Shown one piece after another: positions 26,682-35,346 of a stretch of 64,000 nucleotides of DNA. Numbering within the stretch: the first letter of the stretch is position 1; each line of letters starts with the position of its first letter. The notes under the pieces are model-generated. The model worked only from the letters and a program-made list of their open reading frames with translations, was not told the origin of the DNA and ran no database searches. The translations under genes and the position numbers were made by a program. This stretch comes from an uncultured Clostridia bacterium (GTDB lineage Bacteria; Bacillota; Clostridia; Christensenellales; UBA1242): NCBI GenBank assembly GCA_944382715.1, contig CALWNC010000006.1, positions 13,642 through 77,641 on the forward strand, read 5' to 3'.

Positions 26682-27391
26682 TGGAAATTTTATATGAAGA
26701 CAATCAAATTATTGTGGTAAACAAACCCCAAGGAGTGCCAAGTCAACCTGATGAAACGGGCGATGAAGATTTACTCACAATGGTGAAAAAATATATTAAA
26801 GAAAAATACAATAAGCCGGGTGAGGCATTTGTGGGTTTAGTTCATAGATTAGACAGACCAACTGGTGGTGCAATGGTGTTTGCCAAAACTAGTAAAGCTG
26901 CCAGTAGACTTGCAGAACAAATGAAATCTGGTGATTTTGACAAGACATATTTTGCAGTGGTTTGTGGCAGACCAAGAGATTTAAAGGGTAAAATAATTAG
27001 CTTTTTAAAAAAGGATTCTAAAACTAATACTGTAATGATTGTTCCACAATCAACTGAAGGAGCAAAGAGAGCTGAACTTGACTATGAAACCTTACAATAT
27101 AATCCTGATACTAATAGAAGCTTAGTTAAAATAAAACTCTATTCGGGCAGAGGGCATCAAATAAGAGTACAATTAAAAAGTATTAAGTGTCCTATTTTTG
27201 GTGACCAAAAATATGGTGGGGCAGATATGCCTAAATTTATGCTAAATCTTTTTGCTGTAGAGCTTTCTTTTTTGCACCCAACAACAAAGCAAAAGATGAT
27301 ATTTCGTGTTTTTCCACCAGAAAAAAACAAGGCTTGGAATGAATTTAATATTGAAAAATACTTATCACTAAAAACCAATAATAATGATTAA
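26681..27391 (+). CDS. RluA-family pseudouridine synthase (no S4 domain)
   Basis: ATG overlaps the previous stop (TAATG). IIVVNKPQGVPSQ and the catalytic-Asp motif HRLDRPTGGAMVFAKT, then GRGHQIRVQL. Confidence 0.85.
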   Translation: MEILYEDNQIIVVNKPQGVPSQPDETGDEDLLTMVKKYIKEKYNKPGEAFVGLVHRLDRPTGGAMVFAKTSKAASRLAEQMKSGDFDKTYFAVVCGRPRDLKGKIISFLKKDSKTNTVMIVPQSTEGAKRAELDYETLQYNPDTNRSLVKIKLYSGRGHQIRVQLKSIKCPIFGDQKYGGADMPKFMLNLFAVELSFLHPTTKQKMIFRVFPPEKNKAWNEFNIEKYLSLKTNNND

Positions 27392-27415
27392 TGTGGGACA
27401 ATTCCACATTTTTTT
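27392..27415 (+). terminator. Rho-independent terminator after the RluA-like gene
   Basis: tgtggga / caa / ttccaca (one G-U pair) followed by T7, immediately after the stop codon. Confidence 0.6.
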
Positions 27416-27470
27416 CAATTTTTCTTCAATTTTTACGGTATTATGTTAGACATAATACAAAGGAGAAACT

Positions 27471-28406
27471 ATGATTTTGCCACAAGATGTAAGAGATAAA
27501 ATAAATCTTTTATTTACTGGTAAAAAAGATTTGAAATTAAAGAGCACGAGAGAAGGGCTTACTAATAAATATAAATCAAACTCAGGAAGTAGTGTTGATT
27601 TAATTGAAAATGAAAATGAGAGTATCCTCTATGCAATTTCAAGAATGCCTGCAACATTTGCCGTTATCTACAAAACAATTAATGATTTATATTTACAAGG
27701 ATATATAAAAAATATTGAAAGTGTAATAGACGCAGGTTCAGGTACAGGAGCTGGATTTTTTGCACTTAGAGAACTTTTTCCAAGTCTATCTTCTCATTTT
27801 TTAGAAAAGAATTACAATATGATAGATACTTTCAATAAAATTTGCAATGAAAAAATTGAAGTAAATCAATTCGATTTGATTAAAAATGAAATTACTTTAA
27901 GAGCAGATTTAATTTTATCTAGTTATGTTCTTTCTGAACTATCAGAAAATGATAGAATCTCAGTCTTTAAAAAATTACTTTCTGCTTCAAATAGATATGT
28001 ACTAATTATTGATACTGGAACCCCAGAAACTTATACAAATTTTATGAAACTTAAATCTATAGCAATTCAAAATGGCTTTAATATAATTGCTCCTTGTGAG
28101 TCTGATAATTGTCCATTAAAAAATGACTATTGTCAGTTTTATGCTAGGGTTGAAAGGTCATCTCTTTTAAAAGTGGCAAAGTCAGCCACACTTTCATATG
28201 AAGATGAAAAATACTTTTATTTACTTTTAGCAAAAGAAAGTGTAAATTTTGCTCGAAAAAGGGTTTTGCGTAGACCTAAAATTAAGAAAAATGAGATTAA
28301 TCTAGTTCTTTGTACGCAAAATGGTATTGAACAATTAAAAGTTACAAGAAATAGCCAAGATGAATTTAAGCGAGCAAAAAAAATCAAAATAAATGAAGAA
28401 TTTTAA
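27471..28406 (+). CDS. Rsm22-family SAM-dependent methyltransferase (bacterial homologue, substrate unknown)
   Basis: RMPATFAVIY, VIDAGSGTGAGFFAL, LILSSYVLSEL, LIIDTGTPETY, and the C-terminal Cys cluster APCESDNCPLKNDYCQFYARVERS follow the Rsm22 family pattern. Confidence 0.75.
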   Translation: MILPQDVRDKINLLFTGKKDLKLKSTREGLTNKYKSNSGSSVDLIENENESILYAISRMPATFAVIYKTINDLYLQGYIKNIESVIDAGSGTGAGFFALRELFPSLSSHFLEKNYNMIDTFNKICNEKIEVNQFDLIKNEITLRADLILSSYVLSELSENDRISVFKKLLSASNRYVLIIDTGTPETYTNFMKLKSIAIQNGFNIIAPCESDNCPLKNDYCQFYARVERSSLLKVAKSATLSYEDEKYFYLLLAKESVNFARKRVLRRPKIKKNEINLVLCTQNGIEQLKVTRNSQDEFKRAKKIKINEEF

Positions 28407-28436
28407 ACTATTAATTTAAAAATAAGGTCAAAACAA

Positions 28437-29132
28437 ATGAATTTTGAAATAATAGAAAGTCAACTTGATGAAAAGCAATATTTTGTTGTTTCTTTTAATA
28501 AGGGCATTGTTAAGTCTTTTAAGCAAAGTGCGATTAATTTTCGTGGATTTTTTATTTCATATGACACTTTAAATTTGGGACAAAAGTTATATGGACATTC
28601 AAAAAAGGAATCAACTCTTATACAAAAAAGGAATTGTAGAAAGATTTTAAAGTTATATAAATTATTGTCACGATTGTATAGAGAAGTAAGAAAACAAAAA
28701 TTAGAAAATTATAATACAATTTATGTAGAGAAACTGAGTGTAAAGAAAAATAATAATGATTTTTTATTACAATCTCTTTTAAACTTAAAATTTAATTGTG
28801 GCAATGATGGTAAATTGGAAAAAATTATTTCTTTTTCTTGTGATTTTTTAAGCAAAGAAAATTTTCTAAACAATATGTGTGACTTTAAAGATAATAAATG
28901 TATTGATTGTAGAAGAAGAAATATTGACAGGTCAATTGGCTGTTGTCAAACAAATTGTAAGTTTACTCATACTGGTGTATGTGAGGTTAAAAATATTTCA
29001 TGCAAACTTTATATGTGTGACTATTTAGAAAGTATTGGTTACTATTTCTCTTCTCAGCACCTGCCTATACTAAAAAATATCTCACTCCAGTACATAGATT
29101 TATGTGTATTTGCATGTTATTTAAACCTATGA
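28437..29132 (+). CDS. Cys-rich protein, paralogue 1 (C-terminus displaced by a frameshift at an A6 tract; the restored ORF would end at 29224)
   Basis: Shares the Cys-rich core with 29276..30061 (CDF...MCDF.DN.C...NID...GCC...CK...C..KN..CK..MCDYL). After 29072-29077 (A6) the homologous reading continues in the +2 frame (KKYLTPVHRFMCICMLFKPMSYQVKFLKLTNFFTIIIGLLILLFVILSFI*). Confidence 0.6.
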   Translation: MNFEIIESQLDEKQYFVVSFNKGIVKSFKQSAINFRGFFISYDTLNLGQKLYGHSKKESTLIQKRNCRKILKLYKLLSRLYREVRKQKLENYNTIYVEKLSVKKNNNDFLLQSLLNLKFNCGNDGKLEKIISFSCDFLSKENFLNNMCDFKDNKCIDCRRRNIDRSIGCCQTNCKFTHTGVCEVKNISCKLYMCDYLESIGYYFSSQHLPILKNISLQYIDLCVFACYLNL

Positions 29133-29275
29133 GTTATCAAGTTAAATTTTTAAAATTAACCAATTTTTTTACTATTATTATTGGGCTTTTAATTTTACTT
29201 TTTGTAATCTTGAGTTTTATTTGATTATTTTTGAAAATTATCTTAAACTTAATATAAACAAAATTGGGAGAGATT

Positions 29276-30061
29276 ATGATTTTTACAATAGATAATTTAG
29301 TTGACGATACTATTAATTATACAAGTTTAAATCTTGATAAAAATTATTTTGCACAAATTAATAGTGATGATTTAATAAGAGTTGAGCTTGATTTTAATTG
29401 TCTTAATCTTGGCGAAAAACTATATGGTAAAACCAAAAATGAAAGCATTAATATACAAAAGAATAACTCCAAGAAAATTCTGTCTTACTATAAAATTATT
29501 AAAAAATTTGTTAAAAAACTAAAAAGAAGGGGAATTTCTAAAATCAGTTTTTTTGTTAAAAATCTTTCGGACAAGAAAAATAATAATGACATTATGCTTA
29601 TTGGACTACTTGAAGTTGATTTCAATGCAAAATTGTTTAGCAAAATGAAAGTTGCTTATGAATATTCTTGCGATTTTTTAGATGCTGAAAATTCACTTAA
29701 CAAAATGTGTGATTTTCATGACAATCATTGCACCAAACATAGAGATAAAAACATAGACAAAACAACTGGTTGTTGTCCAAGTTTTTGTAAGATTAGAGTT
29801 TCTGGACAGGCATGTTCGCATAAAAATCTTGCTTGTAAAATTTTTATGTGTGACTATCTTATAAATGAAAAGGGTTTTTATTTTACGCCAAATACGCTTG
29901 CAATTTTACAAAAACATATGTCGCCACTTGAAAGAGCTATTTGTTTTGGTACACTCTGTAGAACGGAAAAAAAATCCCTTAGATTTTTGTGGCTAATTAG
30001 AGGTATTACTTTTTTGTATTTTATAGTCATTTTATGTGCAATTTTTATGTTAATTTTTTAA
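29276..30061 (+). CDS. Cys-rich protein, paralogue 2, with C-terminal TM helix
   Basis: ATG 29276 follows gggagag. Nine or more Cys conserved with paralogue 1. C-terminal hydrophobic helix FLWLIRGITFLYFIVILCAIFMLIF. Confidence 0.65.
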   Translation: MIFTIDNLVDDTINYTSLNLDKNYFAQINSDDLIRVELDFNCLNLGEKLYGKTKNESINIQKNNSKKILSYYKIIKKFVKKLKRRGISKISFFVKNLSDKKNNNDIMLIGLLEVDFNAKLFSKMKVAYEYSCDFLDAENSLNKMCDFHDNHCTKHRDKNIDKTTGCCPSFCKIRVSGQACSHKNLACKIFMCDYLINEKGFYFTPNTLAILQKHMSPLERAICFGTLCRTEKKSLRFLWLIRGITFLYFIVILCAIFMLIF

Positions 30062-30206
30062 TGTAAAGAAATATTTTTAAATCCTAAATAACAAATTTAA
30101 CAAAATTACAATTTATATTTTGAATTTTTTGACTTTTATGTTATCATAATAGTGATTAATTATTGTGGCATGAATTTTCTATTTTAATTTTTTGCAGGAG
30201 TTTAAT

Positions 30207-30923
30207 ATGGGTTATTCTACCGTTGAAGAGATTTATGAAGACGAAGGTAAAGAAAAGCTTGAAGTCAAAAACGATTATATTTCTGTTGAGGAAATGTCTG
30301 TTGTAGAACTTGATGTAAAAAAATCAAGATTTATTGGAATGGCTTTTCATGTTGAATCAGACGATGAAGTACATCAAATTATTGGTAATTTGAGAAAGAG
30401 TAACAAGAATGCTTCACATGTTTGTTACGCTTTTATTTTGGGTGAAACAATGTCTGTTGCTAAAAATAATGACGATGGGGAACCGGCAGGTTCAGCAGGT
30501 GCACCAATTTTTGAAGCCATTAAACAAGCCCACTTAACAAATACTTTAGTTGCAGTTGTTAGATATTTTGGTGGTGCAGAACTTGGTAAAAGTAGGCTTA
30601 CTCGTGTTTATAATGCTGTTGCAAATGGTGCTATAGCTGAAGCTAAAAAATTCAAAATGGTTTATTGTAATGAGATTGAAATTAAAGTACCTTATGCTAA
30701 CTATGGCAGTGTTAGTAAGTTATTTACAGATAGCAATGTGCATATAATAGAACAAAAGAATGATGAATCAATGCCTTTAATTAAAATTGCAGTGCCTGTT
30801 AAAGCTTCTGAAAAAATCCTTGAAAGTATTAGAGCTAAAACGCGTGGTTCAAGCGTTATTAGCAAATATGGCAATGGTTTTTACAAATTTGAATACAAAA
30901 GTCAGAGCGTGGAGAAAAAATAA
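30207..30923 (+). CDS. YigZ / IMPACT-family protein (UPF0029)
   Basis: VKKSRFIG, ASHVCYAF and NDDGEPAGSAGAPI motifs. ATG 30207 follows gcaggag. Confidence 0.85.
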   Translation: MGYSTVEEIYEDEGKEKLEVKNDYISVEEMSVVELDVKKSRFIGMAFHVESDDEVHQIIGNLRKSNKNASHVCYAFILGETMSVAKNNDDGEPAGSAGAPIFEAIKQAHLTNTLVAVVRYFGGAELGKSRLTRVYNAVANGAIAEAKKFKMVYCNEIEIKVPYANYGSVSKLFTDSNVHIIEQKNDESMPLIKIAVPVKASEKILESIRAKTRGSSVISKYGNGFYKFEYKSQSVEKK

Positions 30924-31550
30924 TTGGGAATTATTACTAAAATTGAACAGCAAAAAAACAAGAATCGTGTCAATATTTTTATTGATGGTTCTTTTTTTTG
31001 TGGGCTTTTTACAGAAACAGCTTTTTTATTTGGATTAAAAGTCGGAAAGGTAATTGATGAAAACAAAATAAATGAGGCTATTAGGGAAAGTGAACAAAAA
31101 AGAGCATTTGAAAAGTCGTTAGATTATCTTTCAGATAGATTACACTCTAAAAGAGAACTTACAAATAAGCTTTTAAAAAAGGGATTTGATAAAAATTCAA
31201 TTGATGGAGCAATTAATAAACTTGAGGAATATGGATATATTAATGATAGCACTTTTGCAAAAAGTTACATTTCTCAAAATTCCAAATATTCTAAGGCACA
31301 ACTTAAGGCTAAACTCATCTCAAAGGGAATAGATAGGGGTATTATTGATTATAATCTTAGTGAATTTTTTAACGAAGACAGTGAGTTTGAACTTTGTAAA
31401 CAGCAAGCAGTAAAATATTTAAAATCAAAAAAGAGTGGTGAAAAAAATTTAAAACAAAAATTAACAGCCTCACTTGCAAGAAAAGGTTTTAGTTTTGATA
31501 ACATCAAAAAAACCATAAAAGAATTGTTTTTATATGATGATTTTGAATAA
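30924..31550 (+). CDS. recX: Recombination regulator RecX
   Basis: Three tandem helical repeats with RecX-like segments (AFEKSLDYLSDRLHSKRELTNKLLKKGF, INKLEEYGYINDSTFAKSYI). TTG start directly after the yigZ stop. Confidence 0.78.
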   Translation: MGIITKIEQQKNKNRVNIFIDGSFFCGLFTETAFLFGLKVGKVIDENKINEAIRESEQKRAFEKSLDYLSDRLHSKRELTNKLLKKGFDKNSIDGAINKLEEYGYINDSTFAKSYISQNSKYSKAQLKAKLISKGIDRGIIDYNLSEFFNEDSEFELCKQQAVKYLKSKKSGEKNLKQKLTASLARKGFSFDNIKKTIKELFLYDDFE

Positions 31551-31583
31551 AATATACTTTTAAAAATTATTATAAAGTGAGTA

Positions 31584-31612
31584 TTGACATTTTAATAAAA
31601 TTGTGATAATAT
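31584..31612 (+). promoter_or_regulatory. Sigma-A-type promoter P1 upstream of the coiled-coil gene
   Basis: TTGACA (31584-89), 17 nt, TAATAT (31607-12). Confidence 0.5.
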
Positions 31613-31657
31613 GCAGACAATAATACAATATGATGTGAAGAATTTTATACTAGGGTA

Positions 31658-31686
31658 TTGATTTTTTTAAATAACAGTGCTATAAT
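31658..31686 (+). promoter_or_regulatory. Sigma-A-type promoter P2 upstream of the coiled-coil gene
   Basis: TTGATT (31658-63), 17 nt, TATAAT (31681-86). The ATG lies 28 nt downstream and is preceded by aaaggagagagg. Confidence 0.55.
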
Positions 31687-31713
31687 GTTATTAAATTTAA
31701 AGGAGAGAGGTAT

Positions 31714-34281
31714 ATGGCAAATACATCAAAAAAGAATTTTAATTTAACGAGGGTAATTTCTGAGTACTATATGATGAAAAAAGTACTCGGTAATGAGTAT
31801 TCAGCTGCAATTTTAAATGGTGAAATTGAAGCAGCTGGGTATTCTGGTGCAGCAGATAGAAAAACACTTTTACAGATGAAAAGTTATGTTGAACAATTTG
31901 GCAATATGAAAATCTCTGTAAATGGACTTGCTAAGTCTGAAACTTTTGATAAGTTTATGGATAGACTTATGCAAAAGTTTATTGAAAATGAAAACACCAA
32001 AGCTCAAAAAGATAGAGTGGAATTTTCAGACAATCCTTTTGATGAAAAGTTTACCAATTTGGTTAGTGGTGTTCTTGAAATGGAAAATGCCAAATCAAAA
32101 ATTGAAACTTCTATTCAAGTTAATCCTCAAATTTCTGAAAGTATCTCTGCTTTACCAGTTTTGCTTGGTGGCAAAAAACAGAGCTCATATATAAAATTAC
32201 TCTCTCAATGTACTGACCTTTTTGCAAATATTTCAGGTTTACAAAACCAAATTGCCGAACTTAAAGAGTCAGGTAAAGGTAAAGATGCTCAAATTGAAAG
32301 TTTGACTAATGAATTAAAAGAACAAGTTAAAAAGGTTGCAGAATATAAGCAGTTAGTTGATAAGGCTTTGGAGGGAGCAGGCAAATCAAATGAGGATTCT
32401 AAAGTTTTAATTGCTCTTTTAAACCAAACAGGAGCAACACTTAATGTACTAAATAGAAATACTTCTGTTCAGGGCAGGGCTACTAGACTTCACGCTACAA
32501 GAGAAGCTGATAGAGTTATTCGTGGCGTTGAAAACTCTATGGGTGAAAAATCAAAAGTTGAAAAACAACTTTTAGAGCATGAAAATTTGTATCCAAATTA
32601 TTTTGCTTGCATGTCTGGAAAGGAACTTTCAGTTAAAAAGGGACTTCCTGATGCTTATAACGAAATCAAGAGAGCAGCTGCTTCTGTAGGAGTTAAGCCT
32701 GATTCACAAGCTGTAGAAAATATATACATTGAGCTTAACAAGAAAAATCTTATCAACAGAGATAAGCCGGTTCCAAAATCAGGCAAAAGTGGTGGAAGAT
32801 TTAAAAAGGTTGCAAGCATATTGATTGCTCTTGCTCTTGGTGCCGGTGCAGGTTATGGTATTGCTAAGATTGTAGAAAGTAATCAGCCAACAACAACTTC
32901 TTCATATGAACAAGAATATACACAATATATGGAGAATGAAAATTGGCAGAAAAATGACTACATGGAAAAACTTGGTTTGGCAGTAGATGGCAATACACTT
33001 ATTTCATTTGATGATATTGAAAATTCACCAACAAGTTTTCAAGTTACTGTAACTGCATCTCAAGATCAGTCAGCAAATGGTGAAACTGTTGTTTGGACTC
33101 TTGAATCACTTAACGAACTTAGAAATACTTATGCTGCAGATGATAATATTGCAGAGTATGGTTGGTCTTCTACTGGCGAAATTGACGCTGAAACTTCAGC
33201 TGCTGTTGCAGAGGTAAGAGCCGTTTATTACGAAAATAACTATTCTTCATTACTTAGTCAAGTTTCAACTCTTAACGCTCAAATCGATAAATTAAATGAA
33301 GAATTATCAAAGGCTCTTAATGATCTTTCTTCTGCAAATGCCGATAAAGAAGTTTTGCAATCACAAATTGATTCTTTACAATCTCAAGTTGATGATCTTC
33401 AGGCTATAATTGATGCAGCAGACGAAAAATATGATGCTGATACAAGTGAACTTCAAGCAAAGATTGACGAACTTCAAGAAAAACTTGATAGTGCAAACGA
33501 ACAAATTAATGATCTTACAGAAGAAAATACTCAACTTAAGGAAGAAAATGCACAACTTAAAGAACAAGTTGCTAGTTTGTCAAATCAAATTTTAGACTTG
33601 AATGATACAATTGCTAACCTAAAATATCAAAATTCAATTCTTTCAACCGAAAAAGCTTCTTTAATTTCTAAGGTTTCAGTTCTTGAAGCACAAATTCAAA
33701 CTTTACAAGATAGAATTGATGAACTTGAAAATAGTTCTGACTTGGGTGAGAAAGAAGAGTTGCAAGAACAGGTTAATGAACTTACAGCAAAACTTGCAGA
33801 GGCAAATGAAACTATTAAAGAACTTAAAACTGAAAATGAGGAATTAACTCAACAAATTGTTGATTTAAATTCTAGTATTTCTGATTTAAATTCAGATATT
33901 GCTGAACTTGAAAATTCTGTTTCTTCTTTAACCTCAGAAAATCAATCACTTAAAGAAGAATGCTCTTCATTACAAACTAGTTTATCTAATGCAATGACTG
34001 ATTATAATGAACTTCTTGAAATGTATAATGAGTTATTGAATTCAGGTGGTAATCAAGAAGAAATTGAGTCTTTAAGAAATGAATTGAATTCAGCTTATAA
34101 CTTAATTAATGCTTATGAATCAAAAATTGTTTCTCTATATAATGGTCTTACAAAATCTTCATCTACTTCAACTGAAGCAATGCAAGATCTAGAGAATTTA
34201 CTTAAAATGTTTGGTATTGAATATAATGAACAAGGAAATTCTTCTTATGGTTCATCAAATGAATACCAACCAGGTGCATAA
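31714..34281 (+). CDS. Bitopic membrane protein with a long C-terminal coiled-coil (855 aa), unknown function
   Basis: Single TM FKKVASILIALALGAGAGYGIAKIV (about nt 32800-32870). About 290 aa of heptad-like Q/L/E/N/S-rich sequence (about nt 33240-34110). No signal peptide. Confidence 0.8.
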   Translation: MANTSKKNFNLTRVISEYYMMKKVLGNEYSAAILNGEIEAAGYSGAADRKTLLQMKSYVEQFGNMKISVNGLAKSETFDKFMDRLMQKFIENENTKAQKDRVEFSDNPFDEKFTNLVSGVLEMENAKSKIETSIQVNPQISESISALPVLLGGKKQSSYIKLLSQCTDLFANISGLQNQIAELKESGKGKDAQIESLTNELKEQVKKVAEYKQLVDKALEGAGKSNEDSKVLIALLNQTGATLNVLNRNTSVQGRATRLHATREADRVIRGVENSMGEKSKVEKQLLEHENLYPNYFACMSGKELSVKKGLPDAYNEIKRAAASVGVKPDSQAVENIYIELNKKNLINRDKPVPKSGKSGGRFKKVASILIALALGAGAGYGIAKIVESNQPTTTSSYEQEYTQYMENENWQKNDYMEKLGLAVDGNTLISFDDIENSPTSFQVTVTASQDQSANGETVVWTLESLNELRNTYAADDNIAEYGWSSTGEIDAETSAAVAEVRAVYYENNYSSLLSQVSTLNAQIDKLNEELSKALNDLSSANADKEVLQSQIDSLQSQVDDLQAIIDAADEKYDADTSELQAKIDELQEKLDSANEQINDLTEENTQLKEENAQLKEQVASLSNQILDLNDTIANLKYQNSILSTEKASLISKVSVLEAQIQTLQDRIDELENSSDLGEKEELQEQVNELTAKLAEANETIKELKTENEELTQQIVDLNSSISDLNSDIAELENSVSSLTSENQSLKEECSSLQTSLSNAMTDYNELLEMYNELLNSGGNQEEIESLRNELNSAYNLINAYESKIVSLYNGLTKSSSTSTEAMQDLENLLKMFGIEYNEQGNSSYGSSNEYQPGA

Positions 34282-34315
34282 TTTTTACAATACCCGAAAA
34301 CTCTCTATATATAAA

Positions 34316-34345
34316 AATTCCTATGATTTTTCATAGGAATTTTTA
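34316..34345 (+). terminator. Rho-independent terminator
   Basis: aattcctatga / tttt / tcataggaatt followed by a T-run. Confidence 0.75.
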
Positions 34346-34516
34346 ATTAAATTAAATTTTTTTGTAACAAATTATTTAATTTCAAATACTTTATTTAATT
34401 ATAATTTTAATATGATTTATTTATAAATTTGATTTCAAAATTTATAAATAATTTATAACAATTTAATTTAATAATTTTTAATACTATTTCTTATTTAATA
34501 AGAAAAGAATAAGTTC

Positions 34517-34545
34517 TTGACATTAAGTCAACTTTGACATATAAT
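34517..34545 (+). promoter_or_regulatory. Consensus sigma-A promoter immediately upstream of lgt
   Basis: TTGACA (34517-22), 17 nt, TATAAT (34540-45). The ATG at 34552 is only 6 nt past the -10. Confidence 0.6.
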
Positions 34546-34551
34546 AAATTT

Positions 34552-35346
34552 ATGGAAAACTTTTTAAATGTTAATAGAGTTGCTTTTTCAATTAATGGTT
34601 TTGATATTTATTGGTATGGAATTATAATTTGCATCTCTATAGTTGTTGCAATTGTGACTGCAACCATCTTTTGTAAACTTAGGAAATATGATACTGATGA
34701 AGCAATTAATGTTGCTTTAGTTGCTCTTCCATCTGGAATTATTGGTGGAAGACTTTTTGCAGTACTTTTTGATTCTGGACTTTCTATTTCTGATTTTTTT
34801 AATTTCAGAACTGGTGGAATGAGTATAATTGGTGCAGTAATTGGTGGTGCACTCGGAATTTTAATATATTCTTTGATAAAAAAGGATAGTGAAAAGTTTA
34901 AATATTTTGACATTGTTTGCTCGGTATTATTACTTGCACAGGCAATTGGCAGATGGGGAAATTATTGTAATGGTGAAGTTTATGGACAGCTGGTTGAGGC
35001 AGGGTCATTTTTTGCAAGATTTCCTTTTGCCGTAGAAATTGATGGTAATTATTATCAGGCATTGTTCTTTTACGAATCAGTTTTAGATATTATTGGATTT
35101 TTCTTTACAGCTGAAATATTTATTTGTGTAAAGAATTCTACTGGTTATACAACTGCATTTTATTTAATGTACTATGGCACAGTTCGTACAATTCTTGAAG
35201 GATTAAGACAAGAACAGTATATTTTGAAACTTGCGGGAATGCCAATTTCACAAATTTGTAGCATTTTGATGATTATTGCGGGTGTAGCAATATTTATATA
35301 CTCATATTTTCTCAATAAAAAGAGAAAGGCTTTAAAGAAATGGTAA
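34552..35346 (+). CDS. lgt: Prolipoprotein diacylglyceryl transferase
   Basis: FDIYWYGIII N-terminus, GGRLF, and the signature IGRWGNYCNGEVYG. Multi-TM. The track's TTG 34534 lies inside the promoter. Confidence 0.88.
   Translation: MENFLNVNRVAFSINGFDIYWYGIIICISIVVAIVTATIFCKLRKYDTDEAINVALVALPSGIIGGRLFAVLFDSGLSISDFFNFRTGGMSIIGAVIGGALGILIYSLIKKDSEKFKYFDIVCSVLLLAQAIGRWGNYCNGEVYGQLVEAGSFFARFPFAVEIDGNYYQALFFYESVLDIIGFFFTAEIFICVKNSTGYTTAFYLMYYGTVRTILEGLRQEQYILKLAGMPISQICSILMIIAGVAIFIYSYFLNKKRKALKKW

Noticed and set aside
34534-34551. TTG start for lgt given by the ORF track
   Set aside because: It falls within the 17-nt spacer of a consensus promoter and adds MTYNKF with no SD. ATG 34552 is used instead.
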